A stretch of 64,000 nt of DNA from a virus (Duplodnaviria; Caudoviricetes). A program made the position numbers and the translations under genes. The notes under the pieces were generated by a model. It was not told the DNA's origin. It saw only the letters and a list, made by a program, of their open reading frames with translations, and did not search any database. Positions 45,119 to 54,381 of this stretch are shown here, one piece after another. Location: IMG/VR virus record IMGVR_UViG_3300028048_000123, positions 1 through 64,000 of that record; one strand, given 5' to 3'. Positions within the stretch are counted from its first letter, which is position 1. Each line of letters starts with the position of its first letter.

Positions 45119-45509
45119 TCTTCTGTAATTGTCCTCTATTAACATTATATTGCTTAATTACTGGTATTATTTTTAAGTACATATCCATTGCATCATCTTT
45201 TTGTTTTGCTGTTAGATCCCCAAGTTTTTTAACTGCATCTGTTAAAGTCATCATGTCAATATTTACATATTGATAAATCAACAATGCATTAGTTAAAACT
45301 GCAAAATCCTTTTCAGATGGAATAGTAATTGTTTTTCCGGCAAAATAAGTTAATAGTCTTGTTAAATTGCTGCCATCCAAAAGATAGCATAATTCACTTA
45401 ATACTGCATATTCTGGAATATCTTGCACTTTGTATAAGCAAAATAACATTAGTGAATATACATCTGATAGGTGCAAGGAATTTAGGTTTGCTTTAATGCT
45501 AGTCTTCAT
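45108..45509 (-). CDS. Possible Mor-family transcription activator, 133 aa
   Basis: LTRLLTYFAGKTITIP resembles the Mor-family KL..FGG..IYIP motif, followed by a helical C-terminus. Confidence 0.4.
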   Translation of the reverse strand: MKTSIKANLNSLHLSDVYSLMLFCLYKVQDIPEYAVLSELCYLLDGSNLTRLLTYFAGKTITIPSEKDFAVLTNALLIYQYVNIDMMTLTDAVKKLGDLTAKQKDDAMDMYLKIIPVIKQYNVNRGQLQKNGK

Positions 45510-46320
45510 AGTTATCCTCCATAGGTGTAGAAAGCATATTCTTTAGCTCAGAATCTGAAATACTTGGAAAAGCTTCCTGGTAGTCTTCAATAATTTCTGT
45601 CTTTAGTTGTGTGTAGAATTCTCTTAGTAGGATTCTCACATAGCTTCCCATAGACTTAGGTAACTTTCATAAGACTACTGCTGCTGGCTCTACGTTTAGC
45701 TTTTTATCAGCTTGAACAGTAAAATAGCAATTCAAAAGCAATGAAATCTTAATTCTCTTGTGTTCTATAGTCCCTGGCCCAAATGGTGACTTCTCTAAAA
45801 TCTTATCAATGATTCTCCCAGCCCCATTAATAGTAAACTTTAACTGCTTAATAAAGTCTTCCATAGCACCTTCTGTATAAATCATTTGGCTCTTTAGTCT
45901 TTCTGTAAAAGCATAAGCATCAAACTTTTGAGAAGTATACTCATCTGACATAACCTCTCTGAAAGTCTCGTTTTGATACTCAACCTTCATAGGATACATC
46001 AATTTCTTCATATAGTTTAAGCAAGACTTAATAGGTCTAATTTCTTTCCCCTTAATAATCTTGCCCCTATTGATTATGTTTTTTCTTAAAGCAAAAAATA
46101 ATCTGTTTGCAGCATGGAAGGCAAATGGGTCATAGTCTTCAAAGCTGTCAAACATGCACTTTTTAATAGCAAGTGCTTTAACAATAAGTCATAAATAGTT
46201 GTAAATTGTATTTTCAATTTCTGGGTTAGATCCTGCTGGCACTAACTTGTCCATGTTTTCATCAATATACATGCACAACTCCGTATACTTCATTCCATCA
46301 GGCTTTTTCCAAAGCATCAT
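45499..46320 (-). CDS. Candidate late-transcription sigma factor (gp55-like), 273 aa; 2 TGA-Trp
   Basis: SD GGAGA, ATG 46320, TGA at codons 44 and 218, TAG 45499; ENTIYNYLWLIVKALAIKKCMF resembles gp55 [21 protein letters not shown]; adjacent to gp46/47 homologues. Confidence 0.45.
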
Positions 46321-46354
46321 AAAAAAATTCTCCTTAAAAAATTATCACTATTAT

Positions 46355-46362
46355 ATTATACA
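46355..46362 (-). promoter_or_regulatory. Sigma70-like -10 element before the candidate late sigma gene
   Basis: TGTATAATATAATAGTG, intergenic. Confidence 0.55.
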
Positions 46363-46390
46363 GTAAAAAATTATAAAATAATTTTTTACA

Positions 46391-48271
46391 TTAAGCGGCA
46401 CAGATTTCACTTATGCCATCAACTGACTTTATAATCTTAATTTCTGAGTCAATAGGGATTTCCAAGCTTTCCGAGTGATGTGAAATAATGAATACAGACT
46501 CAATATTTTGTAGCTGTGTAGTAACTAAATTCATAACTGCGCTACAGCTCTTACTGTCAAGATAGTCAGTAATTTCATCTAGCACTAAGATATTAGAAGT
46601 ATAGCCAAAATATGAGCACATTAGGTCTCTAATACTTAGCTGAATAATCAAGTCGCATCTTTGTCTTTCGCCACCTGACAGGTTATCAAGCATTTTACCA
46701 CAATACTTAATATCTAAGTTATTTCCATCTAAATAAATAGAAAGCTCCTTAGTGCCAAAAACTATTTGGCAGTATTCCTTAGCTTTTGTATCTAAAAATT
46801 GAATAATGTTTTGTAATAAATAGCCTCTAAAATCACGCTTTATTAAAGTATCCATTTTCTTTAGCACAGCACTGTGCTCAGAAAGTCTTAATTTTTCAGC
46901 ATTAAATGTTTCTAAAGATTTATCTAGCTTTTCAATAGCTTTTATATTGCTATCAATTTGCTCGTCAATAGTCTTCAAAGTAGCTTCATGAGTTGTATAG
47001 CTATCTACTAAGCTCTTTAAATCTCCTTCTGCTGTCAAATGTGCTTGGTATAAATAATCGCTATCATCTTGTTCTTTTTGCTTATCTTTAGCTAATTGTT
47101 TAAGCTCATCGTCAATAGTTTTTAGTGCATCTTCGTACTTTTTAGTAATTGCTGCTCTATCTGCATTATATTTAGTATCTAGCGCGGTTTTTTGATCTTG
47201 TAGCTTATTTATTTCTTCAGCTAATAATTTGCCCTTGTTTCTTTGCTCAGTTGTATCTGGTTTATGAGCTCCTGGTATCTTTTGTCCGCAAGTAGGGCAA
47301 GTATCTTTAATAGCTTCAAGTCTTTGTATTTCGTTAGCTAATAAGCTTGCTTCTGCATACTTAGCTGAATAACTTTCATCAAGTTTTGGCTTTTCTGCTC
47401 TATATTTTTCATCAACTTTATTAAGCTCTTCATTTTGGGCTGTAATTAGAGTGCTTTTCTTTGCAAGCTCCTTAGTTGTGGCCTCATCTATCTCTTTAAT
47501 AGCCTTTACAATAGCTTCTCTATCCTTTTTGTTTTGTTTTAGAAACTCTGTAAGCTCTCCTATTCTTTGTTTCATAGCAGATAGGTCTTGTGCCTCAACT
47601 TTAGTTTTTTTGTCCTTTAATTGGTCAATTTGGGCTTCATATAGGCCTTTTTGAGAGTTAGCTTGAATAATAGACTTATTATTATCAGTTTCTTGACCGC
47701 CAATAACAGCTTGTCTATCGCTTAGTCTTGTTTTAATATCTTCAAGCATAAAATCAGACTTAGTTAGCTTCTCTAAAAGCTCTTTTCTACCGCTTGGGCT
47801 GAAAGATGAGAATTTAGCTGGCATACCTTGTCCTAAAAGTATTGTTGAAGCTATTAAATCTCTATTTAGATCAGGCAACATTTCTTCGAGCTTTTTACTT
47901 GACTCTTTAATGCCCTTTCCTGATACATTTATGTCATTTTGAATAATTGTTAAATCTGATTTAGGTGCAATATATCTTGTAATTACATAGTTATCTTTAT
48001 TATAGCTAAATGAAAGCTCTACATAGCTATCTGGCTCATCATTAAAGATATTCTTTAGATTAGTATGTAAGCCACTTATAGTCATTCCTGTAATAGCAAA
48101 GCAAATAGCACTAAAAGCAGCCGATTTTCCAGCTCCATTACTCTTAGCATTATCCTTTGCATAGTTATTTTCACCTGTAATTAAGCAGAAACCCTTGTTT
48201 TGTAGGTCAAATTCTGCATGGTTGTAACTTAAAAAGTTATGTAAAACTACTTTTTTAAATATCAGTCCCAT
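46391..48271 (-). CDS. sbcC: SbcC/Rad50/gp46-like ATPase
   Basis: NGAGKS Walker A, CPTCG zinc hook, LSGGE signature, LVLDE, ISH. Confidence 0.9.
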   Translation of the reverse strand: MGLIFKKVVLHNFLSYNHAEFDLQNKGFCLITGENNYAKDNAKSNGAGKSAAFSAICFAITGMTISGLHTNLKNIFNDEPDSYVELSFSYNKDNYVITRYIAPKSDLTIIQNDINVSGKGIKESSKKLEEMLPDLNRDLIASTILLGQGMPAKFSSFSPSGRKELLEKLTKSDFMLEDIKTRLSDRQAVIGGQETDNNKSIIQANSQKGLYEAQIDQLKDKKTKVEAQDLSAMKQRIGELTEFLKQNKKDREAIVKAIKEIDEATTKELAKKSTLITAQNEELNKVDEKYRAEKPKLDESYSAKYAEASLLANEIQRLEAIKDTCPTCGQKIPGAHKPDTTEQRNKGKLLAEEINKLQDQKTALDTKYNADRAAITKKYEDALKTIDDELKQLAKDKQKEQDDSDYLYQAHLTAEGDLKSLVDSYTTHEATLKTIDEQIDSNIKAIEKLDKSLETFNAEKLRLSEHSAVLKKMDTLIKRDFRGYLLQNIIQFLDTKAKEYCQIVFGTKELSIYLDGNNLDIKYCGKMLDNLSGGERQRCDLIIQLSIRDLMCSYFGYTSNILVLDEITDYLDSKSCSAVMNLVTTQLQNIESVFIISHHSESLEIPIDSEIKIIKSVDGISEICAA

Positions 48272-48692
48272 CTATAGTATCTCCTAATTCCATCCAACTT
48301 TGCATATTTGTGCTAACTAAAGCCCAAAATGTATTCCAATGTTGCTCTGACTCAACTAAATAGTCTGTCATAGCACCGATAAAAGACCTTCCATTTTTTG
48401 GTTGAACATCTGCTTTGGCTTTATCTATGTCAAAATACTTATTTATGCAGTCAGTATAATCTGTAATTTCTGAAACAGCCGAAGTAAGTGAAGCTATTTT
48501 AATGCTATTCTTAGTATTCTTTTCTTCACTTGTTAAAATGTAATAATCTCGCATAAATTTTAAATACGTAATAAAATAATCCATTGGATTCATAAATTCT
48601 TTATATGCTTCCTTATGTGCTTTCTTTAATTGCTTGTCATAAAGCTTATATAATTTATGATATTTTTTTTCAAAAGTCTTAGCTCTACTCAT
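48255..48692 (-). CDS. Hypothetical protein, about 145 aa
   Basis: ATG 48692 coupled to the upstream TAA. Confidence 0.65.
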   Translation of the reverse strand: MSRAKTFEKKYHKLYKLYDKQLKKAHKEAYKEFMNPMDYFITYLKFMRDYYILTSEEKNTKNSIKIASLTSAVSEITDYTDCINKYFDIDKAKADVQPKNGRSFIGAMTDYLVESEQHWNTFWALVSTNMQSWMELGDTIDGTDI

Positions 48693-49024
48693 TATTCGCT
48701 CCTGTCTTGTTTTAACCACCAAGTTGTCTTGTAGCCAATCCATAAGAAATCATGATGTTCACATCTATTGTCAACATTTTCTGTTCTAATAAAATCTTTT
48801 TCAATCCATATTATTCTCCACCAATTGCTATTTTTGTCAAAAATATAGGAATTATTATGTAATTGACATCTAACTTCAAGCGGACAACTTACTTGTTCTT
48901 CTAAATCTTCTAATTTGCCTAATTTATTAACTAATTGCTCCTCAGATAGGTAACAATATCCTTGTTCATCTTGCTTATATTCATAGCGTCCCAAATCTTT
49001 TCTAAACTCTGTTAATCTTTCCAT
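48692..49024 (-). CDS. Hypothetical protein, 110 aa (paralogue of the next gene)
   Basis: Shares CP(L/V)EV and C-terminal W.LK.DRSE with 49024..49359. Confidence 0.7.
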   Translation of the reverse strand: MERLTEFRKDLGRYEYKQDEQGYCYLSEEQLVNKLGKLEDLEEQVSCPLEVRCQLHNNSYIFDKNSNWWRIIWIEKDFIRTENVDNRCEHHDFLWIGYKTTWWLKQDRSE

Positions 49025-49359
49025 TATTCACTCCTATCGTCTTTTAAAAACCAAGAACCTGTATATTCACACCAAAAATAGCAATTATCCAATCCTTGTC
49101 TGTCTGATTCTGTTTCAAAATAAATACTCCAAACTTTTTTAATATCATAATAGCAATTATCATGTGGATTAAATACTTTACCTTGTTTAATTGCTTTAAG
49201 TATAACTTCTACTGGACAGCCAAATTCATACTCTAGTTTTAGTAAATTCTCTATATAGTCTAGTAAGTCTCTATAGTCACTGCTTAATTCTGCACCCTCT
49301 TTACGAGGCTCTGTTATACAAGAGGCTTTTATTATCTCAAATCTATCTAATCTATTCAT
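49024..49359 (-). CDS. Hypothetical protein, 111 aa (paralogue of the previous gene)
   Basis: Shares CP(L/V)EV and C-terminal W.LK.DRSE with 48692..49024. Confidence 0.7.
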   Translation of the reverse strand: MNRLDRFEIIKASCITEPRKEGAELSSDYRDLLDYIENLLKLEYEFGCPVEVILKAIKQGKVFNPHDNCYYDIKKVWSIYFETESDRQGLDNCYFWCEYTGSWFLKDDRSE

Positions 49360-50408
49360 TATTTACAAATCTCTGCTAATTCTTGATCTAAAACAGCCGT
49401 ATTTTCAATGCTTTGTCTGCAACACTTCTCAAACTCGGCTATATGATTAATTGCTAAGTCCTTAATGTCTAATGTAATAGCATCTGTGTCTAAAGCTGTT
49501 TGTACTAAAACTATTCTTGACTCAACTATCTTATCTGAAAGTGAAGCTAGCACTTCTTTTGCTTTTTCAGTTAAGCTTGCAGCACATCTAACTGATAAAA
49601 CTGCATTATCTTTAACACTCTTTAGGATTTCTAAATCTTCTTCCTTCAAAACATCAAACTTATAGAAGTTCAAACTATAAGGGTTCTCAAAGAATTCAAG
49701 TTTTAAGGTATCTGTGTCTAGTACCCAGGCTCCATATTTATAATTTAATGAATCATTTGTGAAATTATGAGCTGATAAACTACCTAAATTCAAAACATTT
49801 TTAGTTATAAAGTCTTGATTATGTAAGTGCCCATTTAAAGTTAAATCAAATTGTTTAGATAAATCCTCATAAGGAAACCCTATTTTACTAATAAATCCAC
49901 CGTAGTTAATTCCTTGAATATCAACATGTGAAAATAGTATATATTTATCGCCTTCATCTAGCTTAAAGTAGCTTTCAAGTGGCTTTCTGTCTGACTCTGT
50001 TACATATGGTAAAAAACAAAACCATGTATTAGGGCTAAAAGCATCGATAGGTGTTATACAAGGCTCATCAATAATAAAGTGGTTTCTTTCGCCTAGACCT
50101 AACACATTTAAAGTGCTAAATTGTAAGTCCATCGTACTTGATTCATGATTTCCACAAACAAAATATTTATCAAGCTCATTCCACTCTATTTCTTTTAAAG
50201 CTGTTACTTCTTCATCATTAATTATATCTTTATCAAAGAAGTCGCCACAGCATACCATAGCTCCGCAAGCTTGTTCTATGGCTAAGTCATTAACCCAATT
50301 CATACTCTTAATAAGATACTCAAGTCTTTGGCTATATTTAGCGCCACGCTTAGTAACTATTGAAGACTTCTTGTTCCAATGCACATCCGTAAATACGCAG
50401 ATCTTCAT
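49359..50408 (-). CDS. sbcD: SbcD/Mre11/gp47-like nuclease
   Basis: FTDVH, GDFFD, GNHE, SH and GHLH metallophosphoesterase motifs; next to SbcC. Confidence 0.9.
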   Translation of the reverse strand: MKICVFTDVHWNKKSSIVTKRGAKYSQRLEYLIKSMNWVNDLAIEQACGAMVCCGDFFDKDIINDEEVTALKEIEWNELDKYFVCGNHESSTMDLQFSTLNVLGLGERNHFIIDEPCITPIDAFSPNTWFCFLPYVTESDRKPLESYFKLDEGDKYILFSHVDIQGINYGGFISKIGFPYEDLSKQFDLTLNGHLHNQDFITKNVLNLGSLSAHNFTNDSLNYKYGAWVLDTDTLKLEFFENPYSLNFYKFDVLKEEDLEILKSVKDNAVLSVRCAASLTEKAKEVLASLSDKIVESRIVLVQTALDTDAITLDIKDLAINHIAEFEKCCRQSIENTAVLDQELAEICK

Positions 50409-51001
50409 TAGTTTTCGTCTCCCATGTAGCTTGCTGCTAATTCTGCCATATGTGTTAGTAGCACTAACTTATAAGATTGCATAATATCATAGATGTCAGC
50501 TGTCTTAAAGCCGTCTTCCATACCTAAAGTAGCATGTACAATAGCTTCAATGTGTTCGTCTGAAAGCTCTGTGAAGTATTTAGCTATCATATAAGAGCTG
50601 AAACCTAGTGTTCCAAAAGTTGGTCTTACATCTTTAACCTTGTATTCAACTCTTGTTTCCCATTTACCTGTTTCGTCATTCTTAATGTTTCTATTATACT
50701 TTTCATATAGCTCAGCTTTATAGATGTCCTTGAATAAAGCAACCTTAATAATGTCTTGCTCAGTATATTTGCCTGGATGATAGGCATTGCATAACATTGT
50801 TAGCTCATTGTATAAAGCTAAAGCATGCTCACAAAGACCACCAGCATATGCTCCAACATATTTTGTTGTATATGGTGCATTAAAATAATCTGCTTTATAA
50901 AGATAATTCTTAAAAGCTTCCATATCTGGCACAACTTTTGTAGCTAATGCTAAATATGCTTCATTATTCTTAAACTTTCTGTCATCTGTTAAAATAGCCA
51001 T
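50408..51001 (-). CDS. HD-family hydrolase homologue with HD changed to KD
   Basis: FNAPYTTKYVGAYAGGLCEHAL...ALFKDIYK versus the family pattern APASTKYH..YEGGL.EHSL...LLHD.CK. Confidence 0.65.
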   Translation of the reverse strand: MAILTDDRKFKNNEAYLALATKVVPDMEAFKNYLYKADYFNAPYTTKYVGAYAGGLCEHALALYNELTMLCNAYHPGKYTEQDIIKVALFKDIYKAELYEKYNRNIKNDETGKWETRVEYKVKDVRPTFGTLGFSSYMIAKYFTELSDEHIEAIVHATLGMEDGFKTADIYDIMQSYKLVLLTHMAELAASYMGDEN

Positions 51002-51002
51002 A

Positions 51003-51182
51003 TTATTTACTCTCCTTATTATCATCGACTAATAATTTTATTCTATTAGATAGCTTAATAAAAGCATCTGCTGGCACTTCCCAATATGTTACTAGACCAT
51101 TTTGATCAGTGCCTTTACCTTTTACACTATCAGCCATTGCTTGAATAAATTCTTGTATAATATCGAACTCTCTATTTGTCAT
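51003..51182 (-). CDS. Hypothetical protein, 59 aa
   Basis: ATG 51182 to TAA 51003 fills the gap exactly; not in the ORF track. Confidence 0.6.
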   Translation of the reverse strand: MTNREFDIIQEFIQAMADSVKGKGTDQNGLVTYWEVPADAFIKLSNRIKLLVDDNKESK

Positions 51183-51193
51183 TATTTGCTGTC

Positions 51194-51628
51194 CTATTCA
51201 ATAATAAACTTTACTGCTTTACTTGCATCAATATCTGCATAATAGATTTCATTTGTAAGCATTGGATCTACCACAACTAATGCTTTACCAGCATCTCCAT
51301 CAAATTCGCCTGCCATGTAAGGTCCTAAAATTGGCATATCACTACTGCGCTTAAAATCACTATTAAATGAAATTACTGGCACAAAACTTGCTGGAATAAT
51401 TAAAATTGGTGCTTTTAAGTCATCTGTTCCTAAAGCCATAACTCCTTTTGTAAATAGCTTATTAACATAACCTGCATAAGCATCTAGCTTTGATTTAGCA
51501 CCAACTAATGAATCTCTCCAGTGTGGCACTTTTCTTTCTAAATCAGGTGTTGCATAAGCTTTAATATCATCTAAAGCATTTGTCAAAGCTGTATAGTTAA
51601 TTTCTTCCCATAATTCTTTTGCTGTCAT
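51194..51628 (-). CDS. Hypothetical protein, 144 aa
   Basis: Intact ORF. Confidence 0.7.
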   Translation of the reverse strand: MTAKELWEEINYTALTNALDDIKAYATPDLERKVPHWRDSLVGAKSKLDAYAGYVNKLFTKGVMALGTDDLKAPILIIPASFVPVISFNSDFKRSSDMPILGPYMAGEFDGDAGKALVVVDPMLTNEIYYADIDASKAVKFIIE

Positions 51629-51629
51629 A

Positions 51630-52427
51630 TTATTTATTCTCCTTCTTAAACTTATTTTTCAAAGACTCAAGTGTTTTTTCTGTGTTTTTAACATTATATT
51701 TTGTGCATTTGCCAATAGCATACACATTGTCAACTCCTGGAATAAGCCCATTTTCAACAATTATATAACCTTCTTCATCAAGCTTCAGCATTCTACTAGA
51801 AAAAGTTGCTGTATCTGGCTTTTTTCCTAATGATACATACAAAGCATCACAAGGAAGTTCTGCTAATGTACTCAAGTAGACTTTATTTAGCTTACCATCA
51901 ACATCATATTCATAGCTTTGTATTTTGCTCATTGGTAAATAGCTTATATTATCATATCTTGGCTCAATTTGTTTCTCAACCAGCTGAGCTAAGCTGTTGC
52001 TTTCTTCACAAATAAATACTTTATCTGCTTTTCTTGAGATAGAAATAGCTTCATTTATTGTATTAGCATTATTACCAAAGACAACTACATTTTTTGCGCC
52101 TTTTTTAATAGCTTTTACATTATAATATACATTATTATCTGGTTCATTCATCAATTTTGTTGCAATTTGTCCTGTAGCAAAGACCAAATTTTTAGCTAAA
52201 TAAGCCTCTGTATAAGAAATAATAGCTACAGCAACCCCATATGAATACTGTGCATCAACAACTGTCCTCTCAATAGCTTCAACACCCTTTACTTGCTTAG
52301 ATACTGTACTGCTAATAAGTAAGATTTTAAGCTCAGAATTTAACTTATAGAGCTCTTTTATAAGATCTAGCCCTTCTTGACTTTCACCAATAACTATTAA
52401 ATCATAAATTAAACCATTTAATGCCAT
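51630..52427 (-). CDS. Degenerate thioredoxin reductase-like protein, 265 aa
   Basis: YDLIVIG, LVFATG, DALYVSLGKKP and LDEEGYIIV are TrxB scaffold motifs; GxGxxG and CxxC are absent. Confidence 0.7.
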   Translation of the reverse strand: MALNGLIYDLIVIGESQEGLDLIKELYKLNSELKILLISSTVSKQVKGVEAIERTVVDAQYSYGVAVAIISYTEAYLAKNLVFATGQIATKLMNEPDNNVYYNVKAIKKGAKNVVVFGNNANTINEAISISRKADKVFICEESNSLAQLVEKQIEPRYDNISYLPMSKIQSYEYDVDGKLNKVYLSTLAELPCDALYVSLGKKPDTATFSSRMLKLDEEGYIIVENGLIPGVDNVYAIGKCTKYNVKNTEKTLESLKNKFKKENK

Positions 52428-52429
52428 AA

Positions 52430-53389
52430 TTATACTAAATGATGCTTCCTTTTAAAGTTTTCCATTATAACTGGGTGCATGCTCATGCCTAACCATTCAT
52501 TTTCCTTGCCAAACATCTTTCTATCTTTTGTCCATAAGCTATAATATGGGCATAAGTTATATTGCTTATTGGCAGGATCCTTGCCAAACTCGCTTGTTCT
52601 GCTGAATTCACACCAAGCACAAAGTGGACAAGGTGCTGGTTTCCAATCTTTTCCTTCAATGCCTAAGAAAAGCTCATCAAGCTTCTTGATTCCGCGGTCT
52701 ACATAGCCTTTTGTGCCTGCATCTTGAACCATATCACATAGTGGTAAGTCATATTGGCAGCTTATATCAGCAAAATTAGCCTTATACTTCTCAGCCATAG
52801 CTAGTGTATAGACTACAAATTGCAAAGGTGTAGTCAATTTATCCTTATCAAGTGGCACTGCATAAGACTTTATATCTTGCACAATAAATTGTTTTGTATC
52901 TTTGTTATAAAATATTCTATCTATAAAGCCATGGAACAGATATTTGCCATTAAATAAGAAGTCAAACTCAACTTCACAACCAATAATCTCATATTCAGGG
53001 TGCTTTTTCATCAAAGTTTCTAGTCTGTATATCCCTGAAGTTAAGTATTCAATAGCTTTATCATCATAAGTTCTATTAGACTTATCTTTTTCCATCCAAG
53101 CTTTTGTATATTTGGCTTTTAATTCAGCAGATCTTATGCTAAAATTATGCTTTAATGCTATATAATCAATAGTCTGTCCATCTTTAATAGCATTTCCAAT
53201 AGCTTCTTCTGTTTCATGAATAAGTGTTCCAAATTCTGTAGCAATACTGTCAAATGGCACATAATTTCCATCTACATATTTTAATTTATAATGAAATGGA
53301 CAGTTCTTATAAGTATCGATTTTAGAATAAGAATACTTTTCTTGCTTCTTTTCAGGTTCTAATATTTCTGTTTTTAACTCTTCACTCAT
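52430..53389 (-). CDS. PD-(D/E)XK RecB/Cas4-like exonuclease with Cys cluster
   Basis: YSYSKI...CPFHY, GFIDRI...VQDIKS, QFVVY, CPLCAWCE; likely start MSEELK after the SD. Confidence 0.8.
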   Translation of the reverse strand: MSEELKTEILEPEKKQEKYSYSKIDTYKNCPFHYKLKYVDGNYVPFDSIATEFGTLIHETEEAIGNAIKDGQTIDYIALKHNFSIRSAELKAKYTKAWMEKDKSNRTYDDKAIEYLTSGIYRLETLMKKHPEYEIIGCEVEFDFLFNGKYLFHGFIDRIFYNKDTKQFIVQDIKSYAVPLDKDKLTTPLQFVVYTLAMAEKYKANFADISCQYDLPLCDMVQDAGTKGYVDRGIKKLDELFLGIEGKDWKPAPCPLCAWCEFSRTSEFGKDPANKQYNLCPYYSLWTKDRKMFGKENEWLGMSMHPVIMENFKRKHHLV

Positions 53390-53413
53390 TAATTGTCTCC
53401 TAAATAGCTTATT

Positions 53414-53440
53414 TGGGCTCATTATAAGCCCATTGTCAAG
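53414..53440. repeat. 27-bp palindromic element, copy 2
   Basis: tgggctcattataagcccattgtcaag. Confidence 0.85.
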
Positions 53441-53475
53441 TGTTTTGCTACCTTACAGCTAATTTATCGGCTTTT

Positions 53476-54378
53476 TTAAATCAAGCAGCCACATAAGACA
53501 TAATCCAATAGAGCATCTTTTGAGATGTCTAAGGCACCTGTCTTTAGTTTATTATCAATATCTGATAAAAACTCTATTTTATTCATTAAATACTCTTGTG
53601 AATACTTAATATCTTTGTCATAATACTTCGTTGCATTAAACTCTTTTGGTGTAAGGCCTGCACCTTTAGCATAAAATGCAAAAAGCACACTCTTTAGCTT
53701 CTTTAATACTAAGCTAGTAATTGGAAAGACGTCAAAATCGCAGCTTTCTTTATGCTTTAAGAAGTCTAAAACTACATAAAGCTTTCTTCTAACTACTGCA
53801 TCTGATAGCTCAAATACTTGCATATTAAATAAGTCGCTATTTTCTGCTTCTTTCATAGCTATTAGTATATCTCTTTGCTCTTCTGGCTTAAATAGCTTCA
53901 GCTTATCAAGCTCAGTTTGCACTTTATACATGTTATTTTTACAAGCGCCAACTAACCATTTAATATCTTCATCAGTTAAACCTTGTATTTGTGTTTTAAT
54001 AAAAGCTTCCATTTGCCAATCTTCAACTTTTGGAAACTTTACAACAAAATCTGATACAACTGCTTCAACTTTTTTGTCAATCTTATCACAAATTACTACA
54101 ACATTCTTAAAATTATAATAACCTTTATATAATTCTTCAAACTTTTCAACTCTTAAGACTGATAAAGTCGTATCTGGGTCTAACATAAAGCCTGCTACAT
54201 TATTTGAATAAGAAGACAAGCTTTGAATAGCATTCAGTGCAAGGTTTTTTCTTTGGCTAATTTCAGCTATATATTGATCGGCTAAGAACTTAGCATTATC
54301 ATCAGCACAAATAAAGACAAGTAAGTCATCTGATAGCTTATCTTCAGTAATATACTCTTTTAAATCAATAATATCCAT
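53476..54378 (-). CDS. holA: Clamp loader delta (HolA)-like subunit
   Basis: NMYKVQTELDKLKLF and VFELSDAV are delta-like; clustered with HolB and DnaX homologues. Confidence 0.65.
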   Translation of the reverse strand: MDIIDLKEYITEDKLSDDLLVFICADDNAKFLADQYIAEISQRKNLALNAIQSLSSYSNNVAGFMLDPDTTLSVLRVEKFEELYKGYYNFKNVVVICDKIDKKVEAVVSDFVVKFPKVEDWQMEAFIKTQIQGLTDEDIKWLVGACKNNMYKVQTELDKLKLFKPEEQRDILIAMKEAENSDLFNMQVFELSDAVVRRKLYVVLDFLKHKESCDFDVFPITSLVLKKLKSVLFAFYAKGAGLTPKEFNATKYYDKDIKYSQEYLMNKIEFLSDIDNKLKTGALDISKDALLDYVLCGCLI

Positions 54379-54381
54379 AGC

